Position numbers and translations under genes: made by a program | Part shown: positions 46,069-55,025 of the stretch, piece by piece | Position numbering within the stretch: the stretch's first letter is position 1 | Layout: the number at the start of each line of letters is the position of its first letter | The notes under the pieces: model-generated | Seen by the model: only the letters and a program-made list of their open reading frames with translations | Databases searched by the model: none | Told to the model about the DNA's origin: nothing | Assembly: GCA_045542075.1 (NCBI GenBank) | Contig: JAZQKI010000047.1 | Location: 10,559-74,558 of the forward strand | Origin: Eubacteriales bacterium | GTDB taxonomy: Bacteria; Bacillota; Clostridia; Oscillospirales; CAG-272 | DNA length: 64,000 bases | Direction: 5' to 3'

Positions 46069-46088
46069 GATATTCTCCTACTAAAAGT

Positions 46089-46763
46089 TCAAATTTTTTC
46101 TTTGCTTACTGTGATTCCGCCCGTCTTGTATATGGAATCTCCGGGAACAACTCCTCTTACAGAGCTCAGCGGATAGACTGACGTGCCTCTGCCTATAACC
46201 GTTCCAGGATTAAGCACGGAATTGCAGCCTATCTCAACAAAATCTCCAAGCGCAGCGCCTACCTTCTTTCGTCCCGTATCGATATCGCCACCTGCCATAT
46301 CCTTTATATGAACGTGAGTCTTGTCGGATTTTACGTTGCTTGTTATTGAGCCTGCGCCCATATGCGACTTGTATCCAAGAATACTGTCTCCCACATAGTT
46401 ATAATGAGGCACCTGAACACCGTCAAAAAGTATGACGTTTTTCAGCTCGGTCGAGTTGCCGACGACACAGCCCTCTCCAACAAGCGCGGAGCCTCTTATA
46501 AACGCCCCGTGACGCACCTCTGTCTTATGCCCGATAATACACGGGCCGCCTATGTAAGCAGACGGATATATCTTTGCGCTCTTGGACACCCAGATATTAT
46601 CCCCTCTATAATCATATTCATCAGGGTCGAGAGTGTTACCTAAGCGGATTATAAGCTCACTGATACCCGCAAGCGCCTCCCAGGGATATATAAATCCCTC
46701 AAGATACTCCCCCGCCATTGTATGCTTAAGATCGTAAAGATCGCTTATTTTTATATCAAGCAT
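46089..46763 (-). CDS. left-handed beta-helix (hexapeptide-repeat) acyltransferase, GlmU C-terminal-domain-like
   Basis: Repeated hexapeptide [LIV]-G-x-x-x-x turns (IGHKTEVRHGAFIRGSALVGEGCVVGNSTELKN...). It has no nucleotidyltransferase domain. Lies 20 nt upstream of glmM. Confidence 0.8.
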   Translation of the reverse strand: MLDIKISDLYDLKHTMAGEYLEGFIYPWEALAGISELIIRLGNTLDPDEYDYRGDNIWVSKSAKIYPSAYIGGPCIIGHKTEVRHGAFIRGSALVGEGCVVGNSTELKNVILFDGVQVPHYNYVGDSILGYKSHMGAGSITSNVKSDKTHVHIKDMAGGDIDTGRKKVGAALGDFVEIGCNSVLNPGTVIGRGTSVYPLSSVRGVVPGDSIYKTGGITVSKEKI

Positions 46764-46874
46764 AGTTTTACCTCTTTAGTATAAATTCCACTTTTCCAAC
46801 TTATATTTTACCATATAAGCGACACAAAGTCAATAAATTTTTGGTGACTTTATCTATTATATAGATAAAACGGC

Positions 46875-46911
46875 AAAAAAATGCGGAGAATTAACCTCTC
46901 CGCATTTTTTA
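46875..46911 (-). terminator. intrinsic terminator after mutS2
   Basis: ATGCGGAGA-ATTAACC-TCTCCGCAT, flanked by A- and T-runs. Confidence 0.85.
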
Positions 46912-49296
46912 TTTAAGGTCAACCACGGTGACACCGCCGTCTCCCTCGCCCCACTGTCCTATACGGAAGGAGGCAACTCTTTTATCCGTACGCAAAAAGC
47001 CCCAAAGAGCATTCTTAAGCGCGCCGGTTCCCTTGCCGTGTATAAGCCTTACCCTGCTGATACCCGCCATATACGCCCGATCAAAATATTTATCAACCGT
47101 AAGCCAAGCCTCGTCTCCCGTCATACCGCGCAGGTCTATCTCGTCCTTAAAAGACGTATTTCTTGCAACAGTATATCCCGAGCCCGTGGGCTTTTGCTGT
47201 TTTTTCTCCTGCTTCTGCGCCCTTATGCGCAGGTCCTTTATATTGACACGCGTTTTGAAAATTCCCGCCTGTATCTGCACGTTGCCCGATTTATCCATAT
47301 CGGATACAACGTCTGCATCCTTGCCGAGAGTGACGACATATACCTTGTCGCCCTTCTTTACCTTCTCGGGCTTGGACATGCTCTCGTCCTCTCGGACCTC
47401 CTCAACGGGATTGTACTTGTCCTCATTTGCGCGGATATGCTCACGCACCGCGCGGCGAGTTCTTGCTATCTCGTCGCCAAGATTTTCCGCGTCCTTTTTC
47501 TTGCGGAGCTTATCCATCTCCTCAAGTATATAGTCGCTGGACGCCTTTGCGGATGCCACAAGCGCCGCAGCCCTTTGCTGCGCCCTCTCAAGCTCGCGCT
47601 CGGAGGCCTCAAGCCTTGCCTTTATCTGCTTTTCGGCTTCAGATTTGAACTTCTCATAGTCGCTTCGCATCTGCTCGGCTTCGTCGCGATATCTGTCCAT
47701 CTCAACTCTGCTCTGCTCAAGCTGACCTATAACGTCCTCAAATTTTCTGTTGTTTGAGCTTATGTGAAGCTCGGCATTTTGAATTATCTCGGTTGAAAGT
47801 CCAAGACGCTCGGAAATCGCAAACGCGTTGGATTTACCCGGCGTTCCGATTATAAGCTTATACGTGGGCTTTAGCGTCTCAACGTCAAACTCGCACGAAG
47901 CGTTTCTCACGCCCGCGGTATCAAGCGCGTACGCCTTAAGCTCGGCGTAATGCGTGGTAGCCGCGCATAGCGCGCCTTTTTTTCTAACGTAGTCTATAAT
48001 TGACACAGCAAGAGCCGCTCCCTCGACGGGATCAGTTCCTACTCCAAGCTCATCAAACAGCACAAGGCTTCTGTCAGTGACTCTGTCAAGGAATGACACG
48101 ATATTTACCATGTGCGACGAGAATGTAGAGAGCGATTGCTCTATGCTCTGCTCGTCACCTATGTCCACAAGGATGTCCTCAAAAATACACACCGAGGAGC
48201 CGTCGTCACACGGAATATGAAGTCCCGCTTGCGCCATAATAGCAAACAGTCCAAGCGTTTTGAGCGACACCGTCTTACCGCCCGTGTTGGGACCCGTGAT
48301 AATCATAGTGTCAAAATCTCCGCCAAGACGGATATTTATCGGCACCACACGGGATCTGTCAATAAGGGGATGTCTTGCGCGCTTGAGGTTCATTATCTTG
48401 TCGCCTGTCACGGTTGGCGAGGTGGCGTTCATGGATATTGACATCTGCGCGCATGCAAAGTAAAACGCAAGGTCATTTATATTTCTGTAATCAAGCCATA
48501 TTCTGTCGGAATACTCTGCAACGAGTGACGAAAGCTCGGAGAGTATTCTCTCTATCTCATGCTCTTCCTTGGACTCAAGCACGCGCAGCTCGTTGTTGGC
48601 CTCAACAACCTGAGCAGGCTCAACAAATATTGTCGCTCCCGACGAGGACGTGTCATGAATAAGTCCCTTGACCTCATTTTTACACTCCGCCTTCACGGGA
48701 ATAACGTATCTTCCGTTTCTCGTGGTCACTATATTCTCCTGAAGATACTTTGAATGTGAGCCGCCCTGCACGTATTTTTGCAAAGTTTCCTTTATTCTGC
48801 TGTTGGTCGCTCTTATCTGACGGCGGATATTCGCAAGCGTCGGCGAAGCTTCGTCGGCAATCAATTCCTCGGAAATTATAGCCCGCGTTATTCTTTCCTC
48901 AAGAGTTTTATTGGGTATAAGCCTGTCAAAGATGACATCAAGCGAGGTATCGAAAATATGATTTCCGTAGCAATAGTCCGTAAGTGTGCGTGCGGTCTTA
49001 AGCACTCCTGCCACGTTCAGAAGCTCTATTGGGGCAAGCGTTGCGCCCTTTTCTGCGCGCTCGCAGGATTCGGATATATCCTTAACTCCGCCAAATGACG
49101 GCATACCCTTTTCGTTTATAAGTCTTTTTGCGTCTGTTGTGAATTTCTGACGGCGCACCACGACGTCAATATCATCTGACGGCGAGAGCATTCTTGCCAT
49201 TGATTTTGACCCTTCCGTAGGTGCAAATGTAGCCAGAAGCTCGCATATTTTATTAAATTCAAGCGAGTTTAAGGTTTTTTGACAAAAGCCCATCAA
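46909..49296 (-). CDS. mutS2: endonuclease MutS2
   Basis: Walker A GPNTGGKT, DELGVGTDP, long coiled coil, C-terminal Smr domain (RLIHGKGTGALK). Confidence 0.93.
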   Translation of the reverse strand: MMGFCQKTLNSLEFNKICELLATFAPTEGSKSMARMLSPSDDIDVVVRRQKFTTDAKRLINEKGMPSFGGVKDISESCERAEKGATLAPIELLNVAGVLKTARTLTDYCYGNHIFDTSLDVIFDRLIPNKTLEERITRAIISEELIADEASPTLANIRRQIRATNSRIKETLQKYVQGGSHSKYLQENIVTTRNGRYVIPVKAECKNEVKGLIHDTSSSGATIFVEPAQVVEANNELRVLESKEEHEIERILSELSSLVAEYSDRIWLDYRNINDLAFYFACAQMSISMNATSPTVTGDKIMNLKRARHPLIDRSRVVPINIRLGGDFDTMIITGPNTGGKTVSLKTLGLFAIMAQAGLHIPCDDGSSVCIFEDILVDIGDEQSIEQSLSTFSSHMVNIVSFLDRVTDRSLVLFDELGVGTDPVEGAALAVSIIDYVRKKGALCAATTHYAELKAYALDTAGVRNASCEFDVETLKPTYKLIIGTPGKSNAFAISERLGLSTEIIQNAELHISSNNRKFEDVIGQLEQSRVEMDRYRDEAEQMRSDYEKFKSEAEKQIKARLEASERELERAQQRAAALVASAKASSDYILEEMDKLRKKKDAENLGDEIARTRRAVREHIRANEDKYNPVEEVREDESMSKPEKVKKGDKVYVVTLGKDADVVSDMDKSGNVQIQAGIFKTRVNIKDLRIRAQKQEKKQQKPTGSGYTVARNTSFKDEIDLRGMTGDEAWLTVDKYFDRAYMAGISRVRLIHGKGTGALKNALWGFLRTDKRVASFRIGQWGEGDGGVTVVDLK

Positions 49297-49317
49297 AAAT
49301 CCCTCCCTTTCTGATTT

Positions 49318-51210
49318 TTACTTTATCAAATTTCTTGCTATCTCAACAAGACTGTCCGAATCGATTCCCGCGCTCCTGTATATATGCTCTTTCCTTGTTT
49401 GAATCACGAAATCGTCAGACGCGGCTATATCATATCTTATGCCGTCTAGTCCGCCGAGCATACGCAAGGCTTCGGCAAGCATCATACCAAATCCGCCCGC
49501 CTTTATCTCCTCCTCAACGAATACTATCGCTTTGGGTGAGGTCTCTTTTGTTATCTCAAGAATCTCACCTGCAAGCTTGTCATACGGTGAGATATATTCG
49601 CACAGAGCAACCTTTGACGATACGCCGCGCGCAGTCAAAATCTCCTTTGCCTTTAAGCATTCCGACGCTATTCTGCCGTGGGTTATATACAGCACATCAG
49701 TCTGTCCGCCCACATCGGTCCTGACACCTATTTTATCAAAATTTTTATCCTTGTAGAAGGTATCCGCGAGGATCTGCTGTTCACTTCCGCTGGGGTATCT
49801 GACAGCAGAGACCTTGTCGGTTGACATAGCCCGCTCAAGTGACGCGGAAAGTCCTCCGTACGTGACGGGAGTGTATATTTCAACACCGGGTATATGAGAG
49901 AGAAACGCCACGTCAAATATTCCGTGGTGTGTCGCTCCGTCCGCGGCGTTAAGTCCCGCACGGTCAATGGCGATCACCATAGGTAACTGCTGGAGCGCCG
50001 CGTCGTGGATTATCTGGTCATAGCTTCGCTGAAGGAAGGTAGAATATATGGCGCACACAGGCTTATATCCGTTAGCAGAAAGCCCCGCACCAAATGTTAC
50101 GGCATGCTCCTCCGCAATTCCCACGTCAAAAAATCTATCGGGATATGCCGCCTCAAAGCCGTCAAGTCCCGTTCCATAACTCATAGCGGCGGTAATAGCG
50201 CATATTTTTTCATCATTTTGCGCCATATCGCAAAGTATTCTGCCAAACTCCTGAGAAAAGCTGTTCTCCGACTTTTCAATACCCGCGGGGCGCAAGCCGT
50301 GATATTCTCCAGGGCTTGTCTCCGCAGGCTCATAGCCCTTGCCTTTTTGAGTTTTTACGTGAATAATAACGCTCTCGCTCGCCTTTTTAGCCTCTTTTAT
50401 GAGCGCATCAATATCCTCAAAGTTATTTCCGTCGGCAGGGCCGAGGTAATAAAGACCGAGATCCTCAAAATAGTTACTTCCGTAAAGCGCGTTCTTGATA
50501 TATTTTTTAGCCTTGCGCATAAACGAGAAAAGCGGTTTACCGATAAGGGGTATTTTGCTTATAACTCTGCCCGTAATTCTTTTGGCGTTAAAATATCCCG
50601 TTTTTTTGCGAAGCTTTGCCATGCTTTTTGCAAAGCGTCCGATATTTTTGGATATCGACATTTCATTCTCATTGAGAATAATAATAAGCCTAAGTCCTTT
50701 TTTACAGTTGTTGAGTGCCTCGTGCACCATACCGCCCGTAAACGCGCCGTCACCAAGCACTACCACTGTATAAGCATCGCTACCCGCAAGCTTGTCTGCC
50801 TCAGCAAAGCCAAGTCCCGCCGATAGAGACGTTGAGCTGTGTCCCGCTCCAAAGCAATCGTATTCGCTTTCCATTCTTTTTGTAAAGCCAGAAAGTCCTC
50901 CGCTCTGTCGCAAATTGTCAAAGTCGTTATATCTTCCCGTTATGATCTTGTGTATATAGCTCTGGTGTCCAACATCAAAAATAACGTGATCATGAGGACA
51001 GTCAAAGTTTCTGTGTATAGCTACAGAAAGCTCTACCGCTCCGAGATTGGATGCAAGATGTCCGCCGTTCTCACTTACTCGCTTAACAAGAAAATCCCTT
51101 ATTTCCTCGCAGAGAGCGGGCATTTCGTCATCGCCGTAGGACTTGAGGTCAGTGGGCGAATTTATCTTGCCGAGATATTTATATGAGTTGTTATTGATAT
51201 TATCGCTCAC
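49318..51210 (-). CDS. dxs: 1-deoxy-D-xylulose-5-phosphate synthase
   Basis: GHQSYIHKIITGR, TPP loop LGDGAFTGGMVHEALN, 630 aa. GTG start 8 nt after AAAGGAGG. Confidence 0.95.
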   Translation of the reverse strand: MSDNINNNSYKYLGKINSPTDLKSYGDDEMPALCEEIRDFLVKRVSENGGHLASNLGAVELSVAIHRNFDCPHDHVIFDVGHQSYIHKIITGRYNDFDNLRQSGGLSGFTKRMESEYDCFGAGHSSTSLSAGLGFAEADKLAGSDAYTVVVLGDGAFTGGMVHEALNNCKKGLRLIIILNENEMSISKNIGRFAKSMAKLRKKTGYFNAKRITGRVISKIPLIGKPLFSFMRKAKKYIKNALYGSNYFEDLGLYYLGPADGNNFEDIDALIKEAKKASESVIIHVKTQKGKGYEPAETSPGEYHGLRPAGIEKSENSFSQEFGRILCDMAQNDEKICAITAAMSYGTGLDGFEAAYPDRFFDVGIAEEHAVTFGAGLSANGYKPVCAIYSTFLQRSYDQIIHDAALQQLPMVIAIDRAGLNAADGATHHGIFDVAFLSHIPGVEIYTPVTYGGLSASLERAMSTDKVSAVRYPSGSEQQILADTFYKDKNFDKIGVRTDVGGQTDVLYITHGRIASECLKAKEILTARGVSSKVALCEYISPYDKLAGEILEITKETSPKAIVFVEEEIKAGGFGMMLAEALRMLGGLDGIRYDIAASDDFVIQTRKEHIYRSAGIDSDSLVEIARNLIK

Positions 51211-51331
51211 GTCGCAAGCCTCCTTTGATAATCTATACTGAATTATTATATCACATACTCCGCGTTTTGTGAAGAGCTTTCCTGAAATTTGCTTACAATA
51301 ATTTGATCCGCCGCAAATTTCATCAAATCCC

Positions 51332-51360
51332 TTGACAAAATCGATGATTTTATGTATAAT
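51332..51360 (+). promoter_or_regulatory. sigma-A promoter of tandem CorC genes
   Basis: TTGACA-17 nt-TATAAT. Confidence 0.7.
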
Positions 51361-51425
51361 TGAATATTATAATGTGAAAGTTTATGCTTTCGCAAATAGT
51401 GAAAAAAGGAGACACATTTTCCATA

Positions 51426-52763
51426 ATGGACGGCGACAGTCGAAGTTTACTTGTAATCTTCATCATTTTCGTTTTGCTCTGCGCATACTTTTCCTGCACT
51501 GAGAGCGCAATATCCCGAATGAATAAGATCAGGGTGAAAAGCATGGCGGAGGACGGAAACAAAAAAGCAAAAAAAGCCCTTTATATCTCAAACAATTATG
51601 AAAAGGCTCTCACTACCCTTCTCATCGGCAACAATATAGCCAATATTGCCGCGGCATCCGTTGCGACACTTCTGGTTATGAATATGCTTGAAAACAGCAC
51701 TCTTGACGAGGGTGTTAAGGGTACAATCGCAACTATTGCAACCACGTTTATCCTCTTTTTATTCGGAGAAATGATCCCAAAAAGCTTTGCGGGCGACAGA
51801 CCAATCGGCGCGGCACTTGCTTGCTCGCCTCCGCTAAAGTTCCTTATGAAGATCTTATCCCCTCTCGCGGCATTATTTGCTAAAATATCCAGTGCCATAA
51901 CAAATCTTTTCAAGGCAGAGGAGGAGCCCTCCATTACGGAGGAGGAGCTGTACGATATAATAGAGACAGCCGAGGAGGAAGGCGTTGTTGACGAGGATCA
52001 AAGCGATCTTTTCAAATCTGCAATAGAATTTTCAGACACAACGGTCAGGGACGTTATGACAATGCGCGAGGACATCTGCGCACTCGACGTCTCAATGCCT
52101 AACCGAGAGATAATGCTTAAAATACGCGGGGCGAATTATTCCAGACTCCCCGTTTATGACGGCGACATTGATAATATAATCGGCACTCTTCCCATTCGAA
52201 GCTTTATAAGGGAATATTACAAAAACCCCTCACTTGACGTGCGTTCCCTTCTAGTCCCTCCCTTTTTTGTAAAGACGGACGCGAAGATAGATGACGTTCT
52301 GAGTGTTATGCGTCAGCACAAGTTTTATCTTGCCGCGGTAAGCGGAGCAAACGGTGAAACTCTTGGACTTGTCACCATAGAGGATTTCCTTGAGGAGCTT
52401 GTTGGCGAGATCTGGGACGAGGATGAGATCATAGATAATAACTTCCAGAAGCTCGGCGGAAATAAATTCCGCATAATCACTAAAATGACGGTTGCGGAGG
52501 CGTTTTCAAGAATGAAAATAGCACCGCCCGCACCTCAGATAGCAAGACGTCCCATACTTTCGTGGGTAGTCAAGGAATTCGGCAGAATGCCCGAGGAGGA
52601 GGACTCCTTCTCTTATGAAAACCTTGAGGTCACAATTGACACCGTGGAAAACGGCAAGGTCACTTTTGTGGAAATTAAAATAATAGATGAGCCTCAGCTC
52701 AATAACACTGCCGTCCCTGTTGAGGAAAGCATTAAGATAGTGGGAGGTGAGGACATATTATGA
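51426..52763 (+). CDS. CNNM/CorC-HlyC family transporter (DUF21 + CBS pair + CorC_HlyC)
   Basis: DUF21 TM region (FSCTESA...), CBS pair, C-terminal CorC domain. The start is uncertain (ATG 51384 or 51426). I chose 51426 by analogy with the paralog's N-terminus. Confidence 0.85.
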   Translation: MDGDSRSLLVIFIIFVLLCAYFSCTESAISRMNKIRVKSMAEDGNKKAKKALYISNNYEKALTTLLIGNNIANIAAASVATLLVMNMLENSTLDEGVKGTIATIATTFILFLFGEMIPKSFAGDRPIGAALACSPPLKFLMKILSPLAALFAKISSAITNLFKAEEEPSITEEELYDIIETAEEEGVVDEDQSDLFKSAIEFSDTTVRDVMTMREDICALDVSMPNREIMLKIRGANYSRLPVYDGDIDNIIGTLPIRSFIREYYKNPSLDVRSLLVPPFFVKTDAKIDDVLSVMRQHKFYLAAVSGANGETLGLVTIEDFLEELVGEIWDEDEIIDNNFQKLGGNKFRIITKMTVAEAFSRMKIAPPAPQIARRPILSWVVKEFGRMPEEEDSFSYENLEVTIDTVENGKVTFVEIKIIDEPQLNNTAVPVEESIKIVGGEDIL

Positions 52764-54061
52764 ATTACCCGCTCTATCTTTTAGTCATACTTATTTGTTT
52801 GGTCTTTGCCGCATTCTTTGCCGGCAGTGAGAGCGCATTCAACTCGGCAAACATAGCAAGACTTAAAAAATGCGCCGAGTCAGGCTCAAAGTCGTCAAAG
52901 CTCGCGTACGAGATCGCAGACAATTTTACACTGTCGTTATCGACAATTCTAATAGGAAATAACCTTGCAAACGCTGCAGCATCAACTGCCGCAACAGTGA
53001 TCGCTATAGGACTCCTCGGCGAAAAGCTTGAGAGCCTTGCGTCCTTGCTTGCAACAGTAGTACTTACCATTATTGTTCTTATCTTTGGTGAGATAATCCC
53101 CAAGGTAATAGGAAAGAAATACGCGGATAAAATTGCGAAGACTGTAGCCTTCCCTATTCGCGCGCTTACGTTTGTTCTTTACCCCATCGTGCTTTTGGTC
53201 ACCCTGCTTGCAAAGGGACTTTCAAAGCTCTGGGGCAAGGAGGAGTCCGAAAACTCTCCCACCGTCACGGAGGATGAGCTTTCAACCATAATCGACACCG
53301 TCGAGGAGGAGGGCGTTATCGACGAGGACCAAAGTGAACTGCTTCAGTCCACTCTTGACTTCCAGGATACCACAGTCGAGGAGATAATGACCGCACGTGT
53401 CAATATGATAGATATTGACATTGAGGACAACCCCGAAAACATTGTTCAGACCATCGAAGAATCAAAATATTCAAGAATCCCCGTTTACGAGGACGACATC
53501 GATAATATAATAGGAATTCTTTATCTTAACCTGTATTACAGGGCGCTTGCGGAGTGCGACGGCGACTATTCAAAAATAGATATCCGTTCCCTGCTTCTCC
53601 GCCCCAAGATGATACATAAGACCATGAAGCTCCCCGCAGCTCTCGCTATGATGCGCAAGGAAAAGGTACATCTGGCAATAGTTATTGACGAGTTTGGCGG
53701 CACTCTCGGTATCGTGTCGATGGAGGATATACTTGAGGAGATAGTCGGTGAGATCTGGGACGAATCAGACGAGATAATCTCGCTTATCGAAAAAACGGGA
53801 GACAATACCTACGACGTTTCGGGTGAGATGAATATCGACGATTTCTTTGACGAGATCGAGTTTGAGGACAATGACTTTGAGTGTGAATACTCAACAGTTG
53901 GCGGCTGGGCGGTAGAGGCTCTTGATGCAGACCCCCACGTCGGAGATAGCTTCACTTATAAAAACATCTGCGTTATAGTCACGGAAATGGATGAATTCAG
54001 AGTTGAAAAGCTCTCTGTTCTCATCACTCCGACCGATGATGACGACGAGGACGAAGAATAA
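52760..54061 (+). CDS. CNNM/CorC-HlyC family transporter, tandem paralog
   Basis: Same domain order (FAGSESA...GEIIPK...VIDEDQSELL...CBS...). Its start overlaps the upstream stop (ATGA). Acidic C-terminal tail. Confidence 0.85.
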   Translation: MNYPLYLLVILICLVFAAFFAGSESAFNSANIARLKKCAESGSKSSKLAYEIADNFTLSLSTILIGNNLANAAASTAATVIAIGLLGEKLESLASLLATVVLTIIVLIFGEIIPKVIGKKYADKIAKTVAFPIRALTFVLYPIVLLVTLLAKGLSKLWGKEESENSPTVTEDELSTIIDTVEEEGVIDEDQSELLQSTLDFQDTTVEEIMTARVNMIDIDIEDNPENIVQTIEESKYSRIPVYEDDIDNIIGILYLNLYYRALAECDGDYSKIDIRSLLLRPKMIHKTMKLPAALAMMRKEKVHLAIVIDEFGGTLGIVSMEDILEEIVGEIWDESDEIISLIEKTGDNTYDVSGEMNIDDFFDEIEFEDNDFECEYSTVGGWAVEALDADPHVGDSFTYKNICVIVTEMDEFRVEKLSVLITPTDDDDEDEE

Positions 54062-54095
54062 AAATATCCGAGCAGAATATCTGCTCGGATATTTT
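54062..54095 (+). terminator. intrinsic terminator of CorC pair
   Basis: AAATATCCGAGCAG-AATAT-CTGCTCGGATATTT. Confidence 0.85.
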
Positions 54096-54100
54096 TGCGC

Positions 54101-54133
54101 AAAAAAACGGGTTGCGTTGCAACCCGTTTTTTA
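54101..54133 (-). terminator. intrinsic terminator after lipoprotein gene 54144..54536
   Basis: AAAAAA-ACGGGTTGC-GTT-GCAACCCGT-TTTTT. Confidence 0.8.
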
Positions 54134-54143
54134 TGTAAAGAAA

Positions 54144-54536
54144 TTACTGAGCGTCCTTAACTGCCTGCTTGGTACCGATGTAGATGATCTTGCCGGACTT
54201 CTTGTATACGATATCCTCGTACTCATCCTCAAGCTCCTCAGCCTCTTCCTTTGCATCTTCCCATGCATCGTTAGCTGCATCTGCATCCTCATAGTAAACT
54301 ATGGAGATGTACTCGTCATCGCCCTTGAATGCGGTAAGGGTTGCCTCTGCTCCTTCGGGAAGAGCAAGATCACCAAAAAGACCGCCGTCGTTATAAATTA
54401 CCTTGTAGCCTGCATCTTCAAGTGCTTCCTTTGCCTTTTCGGGATCCTTGTTGGGTCCGCCGCAAGCAACGAGCATTGCGCAAAGCATAACTGCGAGAAG
54501 CGCAAGCGCTGTGATTTTAAGAATGTTCTTCTTCAT
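54144..54536 (-). CDS. acidic lipoprotein, hypothetical
   Basis: Signal peptide with lipobox LVACGG. 130 aa. A hairpin terminator lies downstream. Confidence 0.65.
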   Translation of the reverse strand: MKKNILKITALALLAVMLCAMLVACGGPNKDPEKAKEALEDAGYKVIYNDGGLFGDLALPEGAEATLTAFKGDDEYISIVYYEDADAANDAWEDAKEEAEELEDEYEDIVYKKSGKIIYIGTKQAVKDAQ

Positions 54537-54653
54537 AGTTAAAAATCCTCCTGATTTTTATTTTGATAGTATTATTATACTCCATTTATGAAATTTTGTC
54601 AAGATATTCTTCACACAAAATACACATTTAAGAAATCATTAAGAAAGCATATT

Positions 54654-55025
54654 CTACTCTGCCGCGGGCTCTGCTTTCTGATATCTTATACCGTCGATAA
54701 TTATGTGATCCTCGCCCATACCGAAGGTGAACTCTCCCTCAAACACGTTGTGCGGGATGTTTTCATCATCATCAAACGTCATGCTCAATACTCCGTCCCC
54801 GACGGTATATTTTCCCGTCACGGTATATACCTCCACACCCGCCGATCTGTACGTGGCAACGACATTGTCACCGTCAAAGGTCAGGGTCCTGCCCGTTCCG
54901 ATGACCTCGTTGCTGTAAGTGCCTGACAAGCTAAGCTCCTCGGGCTGAAGTAAGATTGATGCGATAATTGCTCCCGCAATGACTGCCACCACAAGAATTG
55001 CGGCTATAATAATGACCTTTTTCAT
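54654..55025 (-). CDS. small membrane-anchored protein, hypothetical
   Basis: MKKVIIIAAILVVAVIAGAII anchor. ATG 55025 overlaps the lnt stop (ATGA). The longer ORF to 55103 lies inside lnt. Confidence 0.55.
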   Translation of the reverse strand: MKKVIIIAAILVVAVIAGAIIASILLQPEELSLSGTYSNEVIGTGRTLTFDGDNVVATYRSAGVEVYTVTGKYTVGDGVLSMTFDDDENIPHNVFEGEFTFGMGEDHIIIDGIRYQKAEPAAE

